Below are positions 16,495-25,964 of a stretch of 37,855 nucleotides of DNA, in pieces. The stretch spans positions 1 through 37,855 of the forward strand of contig CAYWXY010000005.1 of the NCBI GenBank assembly GCA_964462555.1. The letters are read 5' to 3'. The DNA is from an uncultured Pseudomonadota bacterium (lineage in GTDB: Bacteria; UBA10199; GCA-002796325; CAYWXY01). The first letter of the stretch is position 1, and each line of letters begins with the position of its first letter. Below the pieces are notes generated by a model. It worked only from the letters and a program-made list of their open reading frames with translations. It did not search any database and was not told the DNA's origin. Position numbers and translations under genes: made by a program.

Positions 16495-18701
16495 ATGACC
16501 GACCCCAAAATCCAAAATGTTAGCGCTCAGATCTGTCAATCAATGACAAGTGGTAAGACTGCTGTACAGGAGCAATGTCAGGAGAGAGCGGAAAGAGCGT
16601 TGAATGATACGGGTAGAACCTTTTGCACAGCCGCCGATAATGAGACTGACGCGAAGATGGTTCAATGTTTTCAAAAGGAAACCGATAGTTGGGTAGGAAC
16701 GACCAATGTGACAGAGCCCGATGGATCTGGCGGAAGAGTCACGATTGCTTCGTTCTCAAACGATGTCCTCTGGAAATATATGTCATTTATTAATCGGAAG
16801 GTTCCACGTCTTCCCGATATTAATCAGGTCTATGAGGATGTCATCGGCAAATTTGTTGAGGATAGATCGGTTTTATATGCCTATACCGATTTGGCGAAGA
16901 TGGGGCTTGATGGTACCGCGTTGACGGTTAAGGAGAATGGCACATCGAAGAGTGTCACTGATCCGCAAGAGCAGGCCGTTTTTATGTGGGCCCGCCTCCA
17001 AAGTGTCATTAAGAAAAACGAGAATCCCGAAACAAAAGACGAGGACAAGGTTACGGTTAAATGGAGCTATGAAGTAGACGGTGAGCCGGTGGATACAGAG
17101 GTTACACTTGGTCGGATCACTGGTGATATGGATTACAAAGAGATCACCGATATGTCCAAGGCCTATATTGTTTATATGCAAAAAGAGATCATCGGACTTT
17201 TGACAGCTGGAAAGGAGCGGCACGATGCAGCCGGTGAGACGGCTGACGCTCAAGGCTTACAGACCAAGATCACAGCCCTTTCTAATTGGGATTACAAGTT
17301 CCCTTACACTGAAGCTGAGATGGTCGAGATGCTCGAGCCAAAATTGGAAGAGATTCGTTTGGCCTATTACTACATGATGCAGTCTAAGATGCCGAATGAA
17401 GAGGGCTCGGATAAACAAAAACAGCTGACCATCGATCCAAAGGGTACTAAATATGGTGAGGATGAGAAGGATCTTGCCAAGAGTTATGTTGTAACAGGTG
17501 GCAAGCCGAAATCACTCAGAGATATGATGGACGCTAATGCCGCTCTGCATACTCTGATTCGCACTACTGCTAAAGATGGTGGTGTTGAAGTTCCAGCCGA
17601 GCCAGGCGAAGGTAGAAAAGTTGTTTCTGGTGAACTCGGTGCCGAGATTGGAAGCGCTGGTTCGCTGGCATCGAATATCTTTGGTGATTTAAACATCGCT
17701 ATTCTTGAGAAGAATGGTTGGACGCTGGGTGCCAGAATTACGGCCCTCTATCTCGATCCGCACGCTGGTTATGTCCATCCAGAAGGTCCCGTCTCAGATG
17801 CCGATGATATTAGCAATCCTGACCCATCGCTTCAGATCCTTTATATGTATCTGAATGCGTCTTATACATTTAAAAAGAGCGGTATCAAGCTTTACGGTAA
17901 GCCGGCACGATGGACAACCGAAACCGGACAACACCATGGATGGCCTTTGATAGACTTCACCATGGAAATGGTGAGGGTGGTCAGATCATCGGACGTGACA
18001 CGGGTGTTCGAGTTGGTGTCGATATTCCGCTGGGTGGCAGTAAGGGTAAGAACCATATCGCGGTTGAGGCCTCGGTTGGTGCGCATGGAAATCCGATGTT
18101 AGCACCGAAGGCCTACATGTTTGATGAAGACAAGGGTAAAGGACAGTTCGTTCATACCGGACTCGTGAAAGTTTATAAGCCAGCACCGAAGGATGGATTT
18201 GATCATATCGTTGACGCCTACAATGCCAAGTTGGGTTGGGTCGTTACCGGTGATGGTATCTATCATGTAAATGGTATTCTTGAGGGTAAATTCAACGTCA
18301 TTCCAAAGAGCCGTATCCTTCAGATCGGTGCGGGTGTCCATCTCGGTTATGGTGATGGCTCCTTTGATTGGGGTGTGGGTGGTATTACGACCATTAATCC
18401 TCTTAAGTGGTTGGAGTTCCATGGTTTGGTTGCCTACGGGACGAGTTATCAAACGCTTAATATGGGTACGGTGGATACACCCAATGGTCCTCAGGATCTC
18501 TCGATCAATAGTGGTGAAAAGGTATTGAGTTTTGGCCTACAGGGCTACGTCAAACCACTTCATATGTTCAAGGGTTTTGAAACCCTGAAACTGGGTATTG
18601 TTTATGAGGCTATCGGTGGTCAAAAGGCCGAAGAGCATAAGGCGTCAGCGACAGACGAATTCACACACGGTGTCATGGGTGTTGTTGGATACGAATTCTA
18701 A
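16495..18701 (+). pseudogene. Paralog B of 14040-16301, split by a 1-nt deletion near 17901 (pseudogene or assembly error; ~735 aa if restored)
   Basis: ORFs 16495-18102 and 17910-18701 align consecutively to paralog A. A has GGT AAG GCC GGC, while B has GGTAAG-CCGGC. Ends VMGVVGYEF. Confidence 0.8.
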
Positions 18702-18752
18702 TCTTCGGCGCTGAAAAAGGATAATTAACTCTTTAACAAAGGGGTTTAGGAC

Positions 18753-21449
18753 ATGAAAAATACAATCTGGAACGTAACAACGAAAACAGTCATCGGTTTG
18801 ATCATTGCAGTCTTCGCGGCAGCATGTTCCGACGGTGGCCATGCAAATGTAACGGCCGTCACGCCGGACATTGCTCCTCCAGCGATCACATTTGGGATCG
18901 GCCTAGAGGGTGCAGAGAAGCCGACAGATACAGCAGTCAGTATTGATGCTGGTCAATCCGTCGTTCTCTATTGGGAAGTTATTGGTGCCCCGGCTGGAGA
19001 TGAGGCTGACAAGGCTTCTGAAAAGGCGGATGATGCCGAGGCGTCAGAGGATGGCCCAGTTATTGCCATCTCGATCGACTCGAAAGAGCTCGGTTATCAT
19101 AAGACTGATTTGAAAGCGTCGGATAGCCTGGTTGTTCCAAATGTAACCGTCGATGCCAGTTTTATTTTAACGGCCGTCATTGAGGGTGCGGTTCCCGCAT
19201 CAGAGACGGTTCGTGCGTCGATCAAGGTTGCCGGGTTTAAGGTTGTTGAGACACTTGAATTGACGGCCTATCCTGAAAAGATTGTTCGTGGTGGATCTTC
19301 AGAGCTTTGCTGGACGATTTCACCGGCCGATGCAGGCTATGAAGTGACCGATGAGAATGGTAACATTGTTGCGATTCCGACACATGAGGCGACAGAGGCA
19401 GAGGTTGAAGAAGAAGCCGCGGAAGCGCTTGAAGGCGAAGAGGAAACCGAAGAGATGATTGCTTCGGGCAAGGCCTCTTACGCAGGAGAAGAGGGTGAAG
19501 AAGAAGAGGTTGAAGAGAACACCGAAGAAGATGCCGAAGAGGCAGAAGCTCCTTCAACCTCCAAAGGATGTGTTGTTGTGACACCAGAGGTAACCACAAC
19601 TTATTTCATTGATGCCGAAGATGGAAGCACTGATAATGTGACCATCGAGGTGATGGATGAAGTGACGATTACATCTTTTAACGCCACGCCGGAAACAATT
19701 TCAGGCGAGACGGAAGTTAGGCTTAGCTGGAAAGTTGATCCTGCCGAAGCAATCGTGACCATCAGTCCGAAGCTGGATGGTCAGGAATTTGAGTCCGAAG
19801 GGGAAACAACCGTAACAATTAGTGAAGAGACGACCTTTACGATCAGTGCTGTGTTGCCTGGTTGTGAAGAGTGCGCCGATCAGAAGACCTTTACGGTTGT
19901 CCTCGAGCAGAGGGGTGAGTTAGCCGTTGATATTACAGCGTCGACACAGGTTATCTTTGCCGGTGAAGAAGCAGAAATTACCTGGCAGGTTGTTGACCGT
20001 ACAAATGGTACAAATGTTTCGAATGCCAACATGATTGTTCGTGGTGGCAGTTTTGGTCTCGAGGGTGAGACGCGTGAATCAAGTGGTACGATGATTCTTC
20101 GTCCAACCGAGACGACCGAGTATACATTAGAGGCTTCAGCTGGTAGCGGCATTATTGTTCCTGAGAAGCTTAAGATTATTGTTCGGAACTGGGATGGCCC
20201 GAGTGCAGCGAATGTTAGCGTTGATAGTGAAGCAGAGAAGACACAGCTCGTGACATCTGTTGCCGCGTCGACGGTCTCTACGGACATTATGTATGCTGGC
20301 TTTGCTGGCAAACTCGACAGCGATGGTCAGATCAAGTTGGCCAAGGGTTCCGGTTCATACTGGAGCACGCTTGAGATTAATTTTCTCAGTGCCTTCAAGG
20401 GATTCAATGATGGTTATGGTGCGATGAATAATAATTATCTGAATGAAGTCGACTATCCGGTCAATGCGATTGCAGTTGATTTGGAAGATGAGAAGACACT
20501 TTATGTTGCAACGTCAGGTGGTGTTGTGAAGTCGACTGATGGTGGCGCTTCGTGGTCGCTCTTTCTCCGTCCCTTTATGTGGGCGAAGGATAGCAACTAT
20601 ACCGGTTCGCATGCGAGTTGTGCGGGAACCGAGCAGAAAGGTTGGAAGGATTGGACGATCAACGCCCTTCAGCAGGTCTGTGATATCGTGATTGCAAAAG
20701 ATGGTACGATTGTTGTGGCCTCAGATCACAAGGTTGCAGTGGCTGCTAAGGATGCGGAAGATTGGACCGATCCCGTTGCGGATGCTCCGGTCTACGGCAT
20801 TGTCAATCATGATCTTGAATTAGCAGAACTTGACGAGGGTAAAGAGACCCTGTTCGTGGGTACCTCCGAAGGTATCTATGTTAGCACTGATATGGGTGCT
20901 TCGTACGAAGCGATTGGTGGTGCTGGTGCACCAGACACAGATGTCTATACCGTTAAGGTTGACACGGCAGCTGGTAAACTTTATGCCGGTACGCCTGAGA
21001 TGGTTTATACCTGCACGCTGAGTGCTGATGGTTGTTCGGCCTGGTCAAACCAGATTGTCAGTGGCGGCGTATTCAGTATCGCTCTTGATCCGATTCAAGC
21101 CGGTAGCGTTTTTGCCGCGACGGCACAGGGTGTTTATTACAGTGCCGACGGCGACAGTTGGAAAGATGTGACTGCTGAGCCGATGGCGACGGGTGTGACG
21201 GTTCGCAGCATTGCCTCAACAATGGTTGATGATGGTGCCAAGGGAAGTGTCTACATCGCAACGTCAGATGGTGTTTTTGTGACGACGTCTGAGATTCTTA
21301 CGGACAAGAAGGATTGCAAGAATCCTCCCTGTCCGAAGCCAACGGATGATGCTCCTGAAGAAGATCCGGAAGAGACACCGGACGAGGAGAATCCACTTGA
21401 AGATGGTGAAGAAGATGGCGCAGCAACAGTGAATGGTAATCTCTTGTAA
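18753..21449 (+). CDS. Large acidic surface lipoprotein with Ig-like repeats and C-terminal Asp-box (BNR) beta-propeller
   Basis: Lipobox FAAAC. Repeated A.P..I..G....L.W units. Glu-rich insert. Asp-boxes VKSTDGGASW, YVSTDMGASY and YYSADGDSW. Confidence 0.75.
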   Translation: MKNTIWNVTTKTVIGLIIAVFAAACSDGGHANVTAVTPDIAPPAITFGIGLEGAEKPTDTAVSIDAGQSVVLYWEVIGAPAGDEADKASEKADDAEASEDGPVIAISIDSKELGYHKTDLKASDSLVVPNVTVDASFILTAVIEGAVPASETVRASIKVAGFKVVETLELTAYPEKIVRGGSSELCWTISPADAGYEVTDENGNIVAIPTHEATEAEVEEEAAEALEGEEETEEMIASGKASYAGEEGEEEEVEENTEEDAEEAEAPSTSKGCVVVTPEVTTTYFIDAEDGSTDNVTIEVMDEVTITSFNATPETISGETEVRLSWKVDPAEAIVTISPKLDGQEFESEGETTVTISEETTFTISAVLPGCEECADQKTFTVVLEQRGELAVDITASTQVIFAGEEAEITWQVVDRTNGTNVSNANMIVRGGSFGLEGETRESSGTMILRPTETTEYTLEASAGSGIIVPEKLKIIVRNWDGPSAANVSVDSEAEKTQLVTSVAASTVSTDIMYAGFAGKLDSDGQIKLAKGSGSYWSTLEINFLSAFKGFNDGYGAMNNNYLNEVDYPVNAIAVDLEDEKTLYVATSGGVVKSTDGGASWSLFLRPFMWAKDSNYTGSHASCAGTEQKGWKDWTINALQQVCDIVIAKDGTIVVASDHKVAVAAKDAEDWTDPVADAPVYGIVNHDLELAELDEGKETLFVGTSEGIYVSTDMGASYEAIGGAGAPDTDVYTVKVDTAAGKLYAGTPEMVYTCTLSADGCSAWSNQIVSGGVFSIALDPIQAGSVFAATAQGVYYSADGDSWKDVTAEPMATGVTVRSIASTMVDDGAKGSVYIATSDGVFVTTSEILTDKKDCKNPPCPKPTDDAPEEDPEETPDEENPLEDGEEDGAATVNGNLL

Positions 21450-21472
21450 AATCTATATTAGCGAGCATATTG

Positions 21473-21509
21473 AAAGACCACAGGTATAACAACCTGTGGT
21501 CTTTTTTTT
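21473..21509 (+). terminator. Rho-independent terminator
   Basis: Perfect 13-bp stem AAAGACCACAGGT/ACCTGTGGTCTTT, 6-nt loop, T-run. Confidence 0.9.
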
Positions 21510-21514
21510 CTTAA

Positions 21515-21554
21515 GGTTTCGGTTACGATGCTCGTATCGTCAGTCGGTTTCGGT
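21515..21554. repeat. Half copy of hexamer-periodic repeat
   Basis: CGATGCTCGTATCGTCAGTCG (from 21526) is identical to the sequence from 34813. Confidence 0.7.
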
Positions 21555-21642
21555 CATTGCGAGTGAGTTTGGCGAACGAAGCAATCCCGTGGGCTACCCC
21601 GTGGGTCTGTTCCCTGGATTGCTTCGCGTTGCTCGCAATGAC
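21553..21642. repeat. REP-like palindromic element GTCATTGCGAG...GAAGCAATC...GATTGCTTCG...CTCGCAATGAC
   Basis: 11-bp terminal inverted repeats plus an internal CGAAGCAATCC/GGATTGCTTCG pair. A right-end remnant CTCGCAATGAC also occurs at 7684-7694. Confidence 0.8.
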
Positions 21643-21814
21643 ACAAAAAGGTAAAAAAACACTCAGCTGTAGGTCTTTATAACATATTGTTATTATTTGG
21701 ATATCGTATATTTACCTAAATGGCGGGTAAAAAGAGACCCGTTTTCTTCGTATTTTCTCAATTTACGATTTTCAATATCTTTAGTTAAATCAGTGGGTTA
21801 TTGGGTTTGTGACT

Positions 21815-21831
21815 TTGGCACGCTTTATGCT
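21815..21831 (+). promoter_or_regulatory. Sigma54 (-24/-12) promoter
   Basis: TTGGCACGCTTTATGCT with exact GG-N10-GC spacing. A near-IHF site AATCAGTGGGTTA lies at 21788-21800. Confidence 0.75.
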
Positions 21832-21876
21832 CTTTTATTAATGAAATTTGGGTAGAGATCTATTATATAGAGAGGC

Positions 21877-22251
21877 ATGAATGTTCTTAAAAAAATAGTT
21901 TTTTCAGTAGGTTTGCTAACCTTGGCCGCCTTTATGGTGGCTGGCTCATCTGGGCCAAAAGACGTCGGCCCCCAGTTTAAGGGGCATGAAAAGATGGCGA
22001 TTGAGCTTAAGAATGTCTGGCTTCAGGCGATGGCCACGGGAAACCTGGGAGAATGGGTGTCGTGCATGGTCAAGTTTGAGGGTCAGGTTGACTCATCCCA
22101 GATCGATCAGCTTAAGGTGGCCGGAATGAAGGTGCGAACCCGTCTCAACACGATCGTGACGGGAAAGATTCGGGTTGAGAATCTGCCCTTTGTAACGGAG
22201 ATCGAGAGTGTTCAAGCCGTTGAGGGTGGTAAAAAGCTGTCGTTTAAATAG
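21877..22251 (+). CDS. Secreted stand-alone subtilase propeptide-like protein
   Basis: Signal-like N-terminus and GAGG RBS. The C-terminal ~60 aa align by eye with the prodomain of the downstream S8 protease. Confidence 0.65.
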   Translation: MNVLKKIVFSVGLLTLAAFMVAGSSGPKDVGPQFKGHEKMAIELKNVWLQAMATGNLGEWVSCMVKFEGQVDSSQIDQLKVAGMKVRTRLNTIVTGKIRVENLPFVTEIESVQAVEGGKKLSFK

Positions 22252-22300
22252 TTATAAGTTGTAAGTCGTAAGTTTTAGGATTGGATAGAAGGGGGAACTT

Positions 22301-24436
22301 ATGGGGATCAAACGGATTACTATTATTGTTGTCTTGCTTCTGATTTCGTCAGGGGTCTATGCCCAGACCAAGATTGATCCAGCCTTTAATTTTATCGAGC
22401 GTTCAGGGTCGGCGCCTGCCATGGTCAGTTCGACTGCCCAGATGATGGGGATCAAGACCGTTCGCGGGGGTCTCCTTGTTGGCGCGCTTCTACGCGTTAA
22501 TAATATTGATCTCGTTAGCGAGGCAATTGAGGAGCTGGGTGGTGAGGTCAATTCAAAACTTAAGACGGTTATTACGGCCAACATTCCGGTTGAGGCGGTA
22601 AATCTTTTGGCGGCAATGGATGAGGTTCTTTACATTGAAGCATCGAAAAAGGTTCGACCGCTGATGAACTTTGCGCGTGACGTGGCCAATGTCGATGTTG
22701 TTCAGAGTGGCGGCGGTGGCCTGTCTCAGGCCTATAATGGTAGTGGTGTTGTTGTGGGTATCGTCGATGCAGGTGTCGACTGTACGCATCCCGATTTTGC
22801 TGATCGGATCATTGCTTATTGGGATATGGATAGTGATACCAAGTTTACGGCCGATCAGATTTCTGCTGGTACGGAATGTTATGCCGCGCTCACAAGTAGC
22901 TCTTACCATGGTACGCATGTGGCGGGTATCGCGGCGGGTGCTGATTCGACATATACCGGTGTGGCTCCACAGGCCTCGATTGCGGTTTCTCAGGTTTCTT
23001 CTTCGGGTGCGAGCGATACCGATGTGATCGATGGTATCGAATATGTTTTTGAGGTGGCGCAGGCGCGTTTAGAGCCGGCGGTGGCAAATGTATCGCTTGG
23101 CACGTCGCGCGGACCCCATGATGGGACGTCGACGTTTGAGACGGGTATCACCGAGGTTGTCGATGGCAAGCAGGGTCGTGCCGTTGTATGTGCCGGTGGT
23201 AACGAAAATGTGAATCCAAATGATGATGTGGACGCCGGAAATGTCCTGGGTGGATTGCATGCTGATGTTAACGTTTCTGGAACGGACGTGGGTTATGAGT
23301 CGATGACACGTTCGTCAAGCGTTACATATATGATCTATGATATTTGGCTCGATGCGGGCAGTGATTGCAGTGTGAAACTTGTGGCCTATGATTTGACACG
23401 AACTCAGGTTGCAACGACCGGTGCGGTGGCGGCGGGCGGCGAAGGTGAAAAGGAAGAAGATAATCTTTATATCGGAATCGATTTCACCGACGATGAAAAT
23501 GCCAATAATGGAAAGCAACATGCGATGGCCTTAATGCAGATCAGCGGAACGCCGGCAACATATGATTCAACCTCGCTGACATATGATCTGGTCTTTATCG
23601 ATGACGGTAGCGGTTGTCAGGGGGATGCCTGGATCTATCAGGATTTTATTGCCTATAATGTGTTCACAAAGGATCTCGCTGGGACGGCAAGTCCGGGTGC
23701 GGACTACACATATGTTGCGGGTGATAGTGACCGGATGATTACGATTCCAGGGACATCGGGTGGATGTATCACAGTTGCCTCCTTTTCGGCGCGTGATCAA
23801 TATACGAGTAAGGATGGGACGGAAGATCAGAATGTTTATGACACATCGATGGGTGGCACGGGGACGCAGGCGTCGGACATCTCACTCTTTAGTAGTATGG
23901 GGCCGGCCGTTGGGACCAGCTATACATCGGTTCGTCAAAAACCCGATATTGCAGCGCCGGGAGAACCAATTATCTCCACAATGTCACAGAATATATCGTC
24001 ATCGACGCTCGCACAGCTGGGTGGGGATGCGGTGATCGCGACGGATGATGCGCATCTCAAGCTCGAGGGAACGTCGATGTCGGCCCCATTTGTGACCGGT
24101 GTCGTGGCGCTCCTGATGGAGAAAAATCATATTCTTTCTTACTCCGCGGCCAAGACGGCCTTGACGTCGACGGCTGAGACCGATGCCTTTACTGGTTCCA
24201 GTATGCCCGACTATGAGTGGGGATATGGAAAGGTTGATGCATTGGCGGCGATTAATTCGATCGAAGCCGATGATACGGACCCCGATAATCCGGATGATGC
24301 CGCAGCAACATCGAAAAAGGGTTGTTCACTGATGGCCTATTCGTCAGTTGAAGACCTGAGTGGTTTCTGGATTGTTTTGGGATTGATGTTCGGAGTCTTT
24401 CTGGTCGGAAGAGTTTATCTGAGAGTTAAGGCCTAG
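22301..24436 (+). CDS. S8 family (subtilisin-like) serine protease with prodomain, internal insertion domain and C-terminal Cys-TM-basic sorting tail
   Basis: Signal peptide. Catalytic motifs VGIVDAG (Asp), HGTHVAGIAAG (His), AGGNE (oxyanion Asn) and GTSMSAP (Ser). Tail KKGCSL...FWIVLGLMFGVFLVGRVYLRVKA. Confidence 0.92.
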   Translation: MGIKRITIIVVLLLISSGVYAQTKIDPAFNFIERSGSAPAMVSSTAQMMGIKTVRGGLLVGALLRVNNIDLVSEAIEELGGEVNSKLKTVITANIPVEAVNLLAAMDEVLYIEASKKVRPLMNFARDVANVDVVQSGGGGLSQAYNGSGVVVGIVDAGVDCTHPDFADRIIAYWDMDSDTKFTADQISAGTECYAALTSSSYHGTHVAGIAAGADSTYTGVAPQASIAVSQVSSSGASDTDVIDGIEYVFEVAQARLEPAVANVSLGTSRGPHDGTSTFETGITEVVDGKQGRAVVCAGGNENVNPNDDVDAGNVLGGLHADVNVSGTDVGYESMTRSSSVTYMIYDIWLDAGSDCSVKLVAYDLTRTQVATTGAVAAGGEGEKEEDNLYIGIDFTDDENANNGKQHAMALMQISGTPATYDSTSLTYDLVFIDDGSGCQGDAWIYQDFIAYNVFTKDLAGTASPGADYTYVAGDSDRMITIPGTSGGCITVASFSARDQYTSKDGTEDQNVYDTSMGGTGTQASDISLFSSMGPAVGTSYTSVRQKPDIAAPGEPIISTMSQNISSSTLAQLGGDAVIATDDAHLKLEGTSMSAPFVTGVVALLMEKNHILSYSAAKTALTSTAETDAFTGSSMPDYEWGYGKVDALAAINSIEADDTDPDNPDDAAATSKKGCSLMAYSSVEDLSGFWIVLGLMFGVFLVGRVYLRVKA

Positions 24437-24452
24437 TACAAAAAAACGTCAT

Positions 24453-24980
24453 TTATCTTCCCATCTGTTGACGACCAATCTTAAAAAGGCGGCGAATCTC
24501 CGTCATGTCTTTATCATAGATACCACTTTCAAAATCGGGAAAGCACCAGGGCATCGGTTGCCACGTCCCCTTGCTATACATCGAAATAAAATCGACCCAG
24601 CAGCCTTTAGCAATAGCGACCTTGTGTCCGCCAAATTTTCCGGAGGCAAGGACGACCTTGAAGTAGTCGACATATCCCGGGTCAAGATTGATTTGACGCT
24701 TATCATTTTCCCGAAAACGATCTTCGACCTTTGAACACCAAATCTTGGCCTTGTAGATGAGTTCTGGGGGTTGAAGGTTCTCAAAAGAAATAAAGGCGCG
24801 TTTCAGGGGGTGCCCCATTTCACCGCCATAGAAGTTGGTATGGTCGAATGGGTACCACTGGCTTTGATAGTCAGTGGGGCCGAAATATTCTTTCAGGTGG
24901 TGGAGGGTGTTTTCCATGAGATCGTCATTGGCTGTTAAGATGCCGACGATATATTTGACCGGTGCTGTTCCGTTTGTCAT
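24453..24980 (-). CDS. DUF4416 family protein
   Basis: Motifs FDHTNFYGGEMG, RQINLDPGY, VVLASGK and PWCFPDF. Confidence 0.75.
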   Translation of the reverse strand: MTNGTAPVKYIVGILTANDDLMENTLHHLKEYFGPTDYQSQWYPFDHTNFYGGEMGHPLKRAFISFENLQPPELIYKAKIWCSKVEDRFRENDKRQINLDPGYVDYFKVVLASGKFGGHKVAIAKGCWVDFISMYSKGTWQPMPWCFPDFESGIYDKDMTEIRRLFKIGRQQMGR

Positions 24981-25882
24981 TTAAAGCCCCTTAAGCGACG
25001 CTCATCCAGGACCTCAAAGGCCTCCCGAATGATCCGACGATCAATATTAAAGGTCTTCCCGAGGGCTAAATCAAGCCCTTTTTTGATCCGCTCCTGCTTG
25101 CGGCCGTCGTGCGTTGTCGTCCGAAGAAAATTGTTTCGTGAATAGATGTAGCCTCTTTCTGTTGCAACGGTGATCGAGAGATTGTGAAGGCTTGTCCAAT
25201 TAAAGGAGTCGCGCCAGAAATCCAAAAAATCATCGGCAGAGATGGGGTCGTTCTTAAAGAAATATCGAATAGTCGGCTTATCGTTTGTGATCGTGGCGAT
25301 CGTATATGTCGGGACATTCATATTTTCTTCAAACGGCAGGTTTTTTTCATAGGCTCTTTTTTGTGCCAGATCTTTAAAGTAGTGGAGTTGATGGTCGGGT
25401 ATTGGAATGGTTCCTTTGCGTCCGATGATGATCGTTGTGTGGTTAAGATCGTATGTCGTTGGGGTATCAGTCATGAGAACCGGGTCATCGATCATGAAGC
25501 CGGGGTCGATCAAATAGTTCTTCTGGTCAAGAATGACAATCGATGCGCAGTGGGTGTTGGGAGCAAGGGGGCGGTCGGCCATGACGGGGTACGTTTCAAA
25601 ACCGACCTGCCTTAAGATGGACTGGAGAAAATAGGTCATCGAAAAACAGGTGCCACCGGTTCCGAGTCTTAGGTGTTCTTCAAGCAAGACCTCGGGGAGT
25701 CGAATATCTGGGTGCTCCGCGTTTGATTGATAGAGTCGGATCATCTTGGTCAAGTTTTCATAGGGGATCCTCTGAAAAGAGCGGCCAATAGCGCGAAGGG
25801 ATTCCAGCGAGGGCGATAAATCGTGGAGGTTATTGACCTCAAAGAAGCGTTTGACGACCTCGGGATGGAGGAAAGTGAGCAT
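24977..25882 (-). CDS. Arylamine N-acetyltransferase family protein
   Basis: Motifs IPYENL, GGTCF (Cys), THC (His) and YLIDPGF (Asp). Confidence 0.8.
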   Translation of the reverse strand: MLTFLHPEVVKRFFEVNNLHDLSPSLESLRAIGRSFQRIPYENLTKMIRLYQSNAEHPDIRLPEVLLEEHLRLGTGGTCFSMTYFLQSILRQVGFETYPVMADRPLAPNTHCASIVILDQKNYLIDPGFMIDDPVLMTDTPTTYDLNHTTIIIGRKGTIPIPDHQLHYFKDLAQKRAYEKNLPFEENMNVPTYTIATITNDKPTIRYFFKNDPISADDFLDFWRDSFNWTSLHNLSITVATERGYIYSRNNFLRTTTHDGRKQERIKKGLDLALGKTFNIDRRIIREAFEVLDERRLRGFK

Positions 25883-25903
25883 AAATCCCTTATATCAGTT
25901 CCT

Positions 25904-25946
25904 TTCAATCCCGGAATGAAAAAAGGTATTTCATTCCGGGATTGAA
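25904..25946. repeat. Perfect 18-bp inverted repeat between divergent genes
   Basis: TTCAATCCCGGAATGAAA-N7-TTTCATTCCGGGATTGAA. Confidence 0.85.
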
Positions 25947-25964
25947 TTCGGTAACGTCTTGGTC

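Noticed and set aside
17902-18102. C-terminal ~66 aa of the 535-aa ORF, and the 17910 ORF as an independent gene
   Set aside because: The tail is out-of-frame read-through after the deletion. The 17910 ATG is an internal Met without an RBS, as shown by alignment to paralog A.
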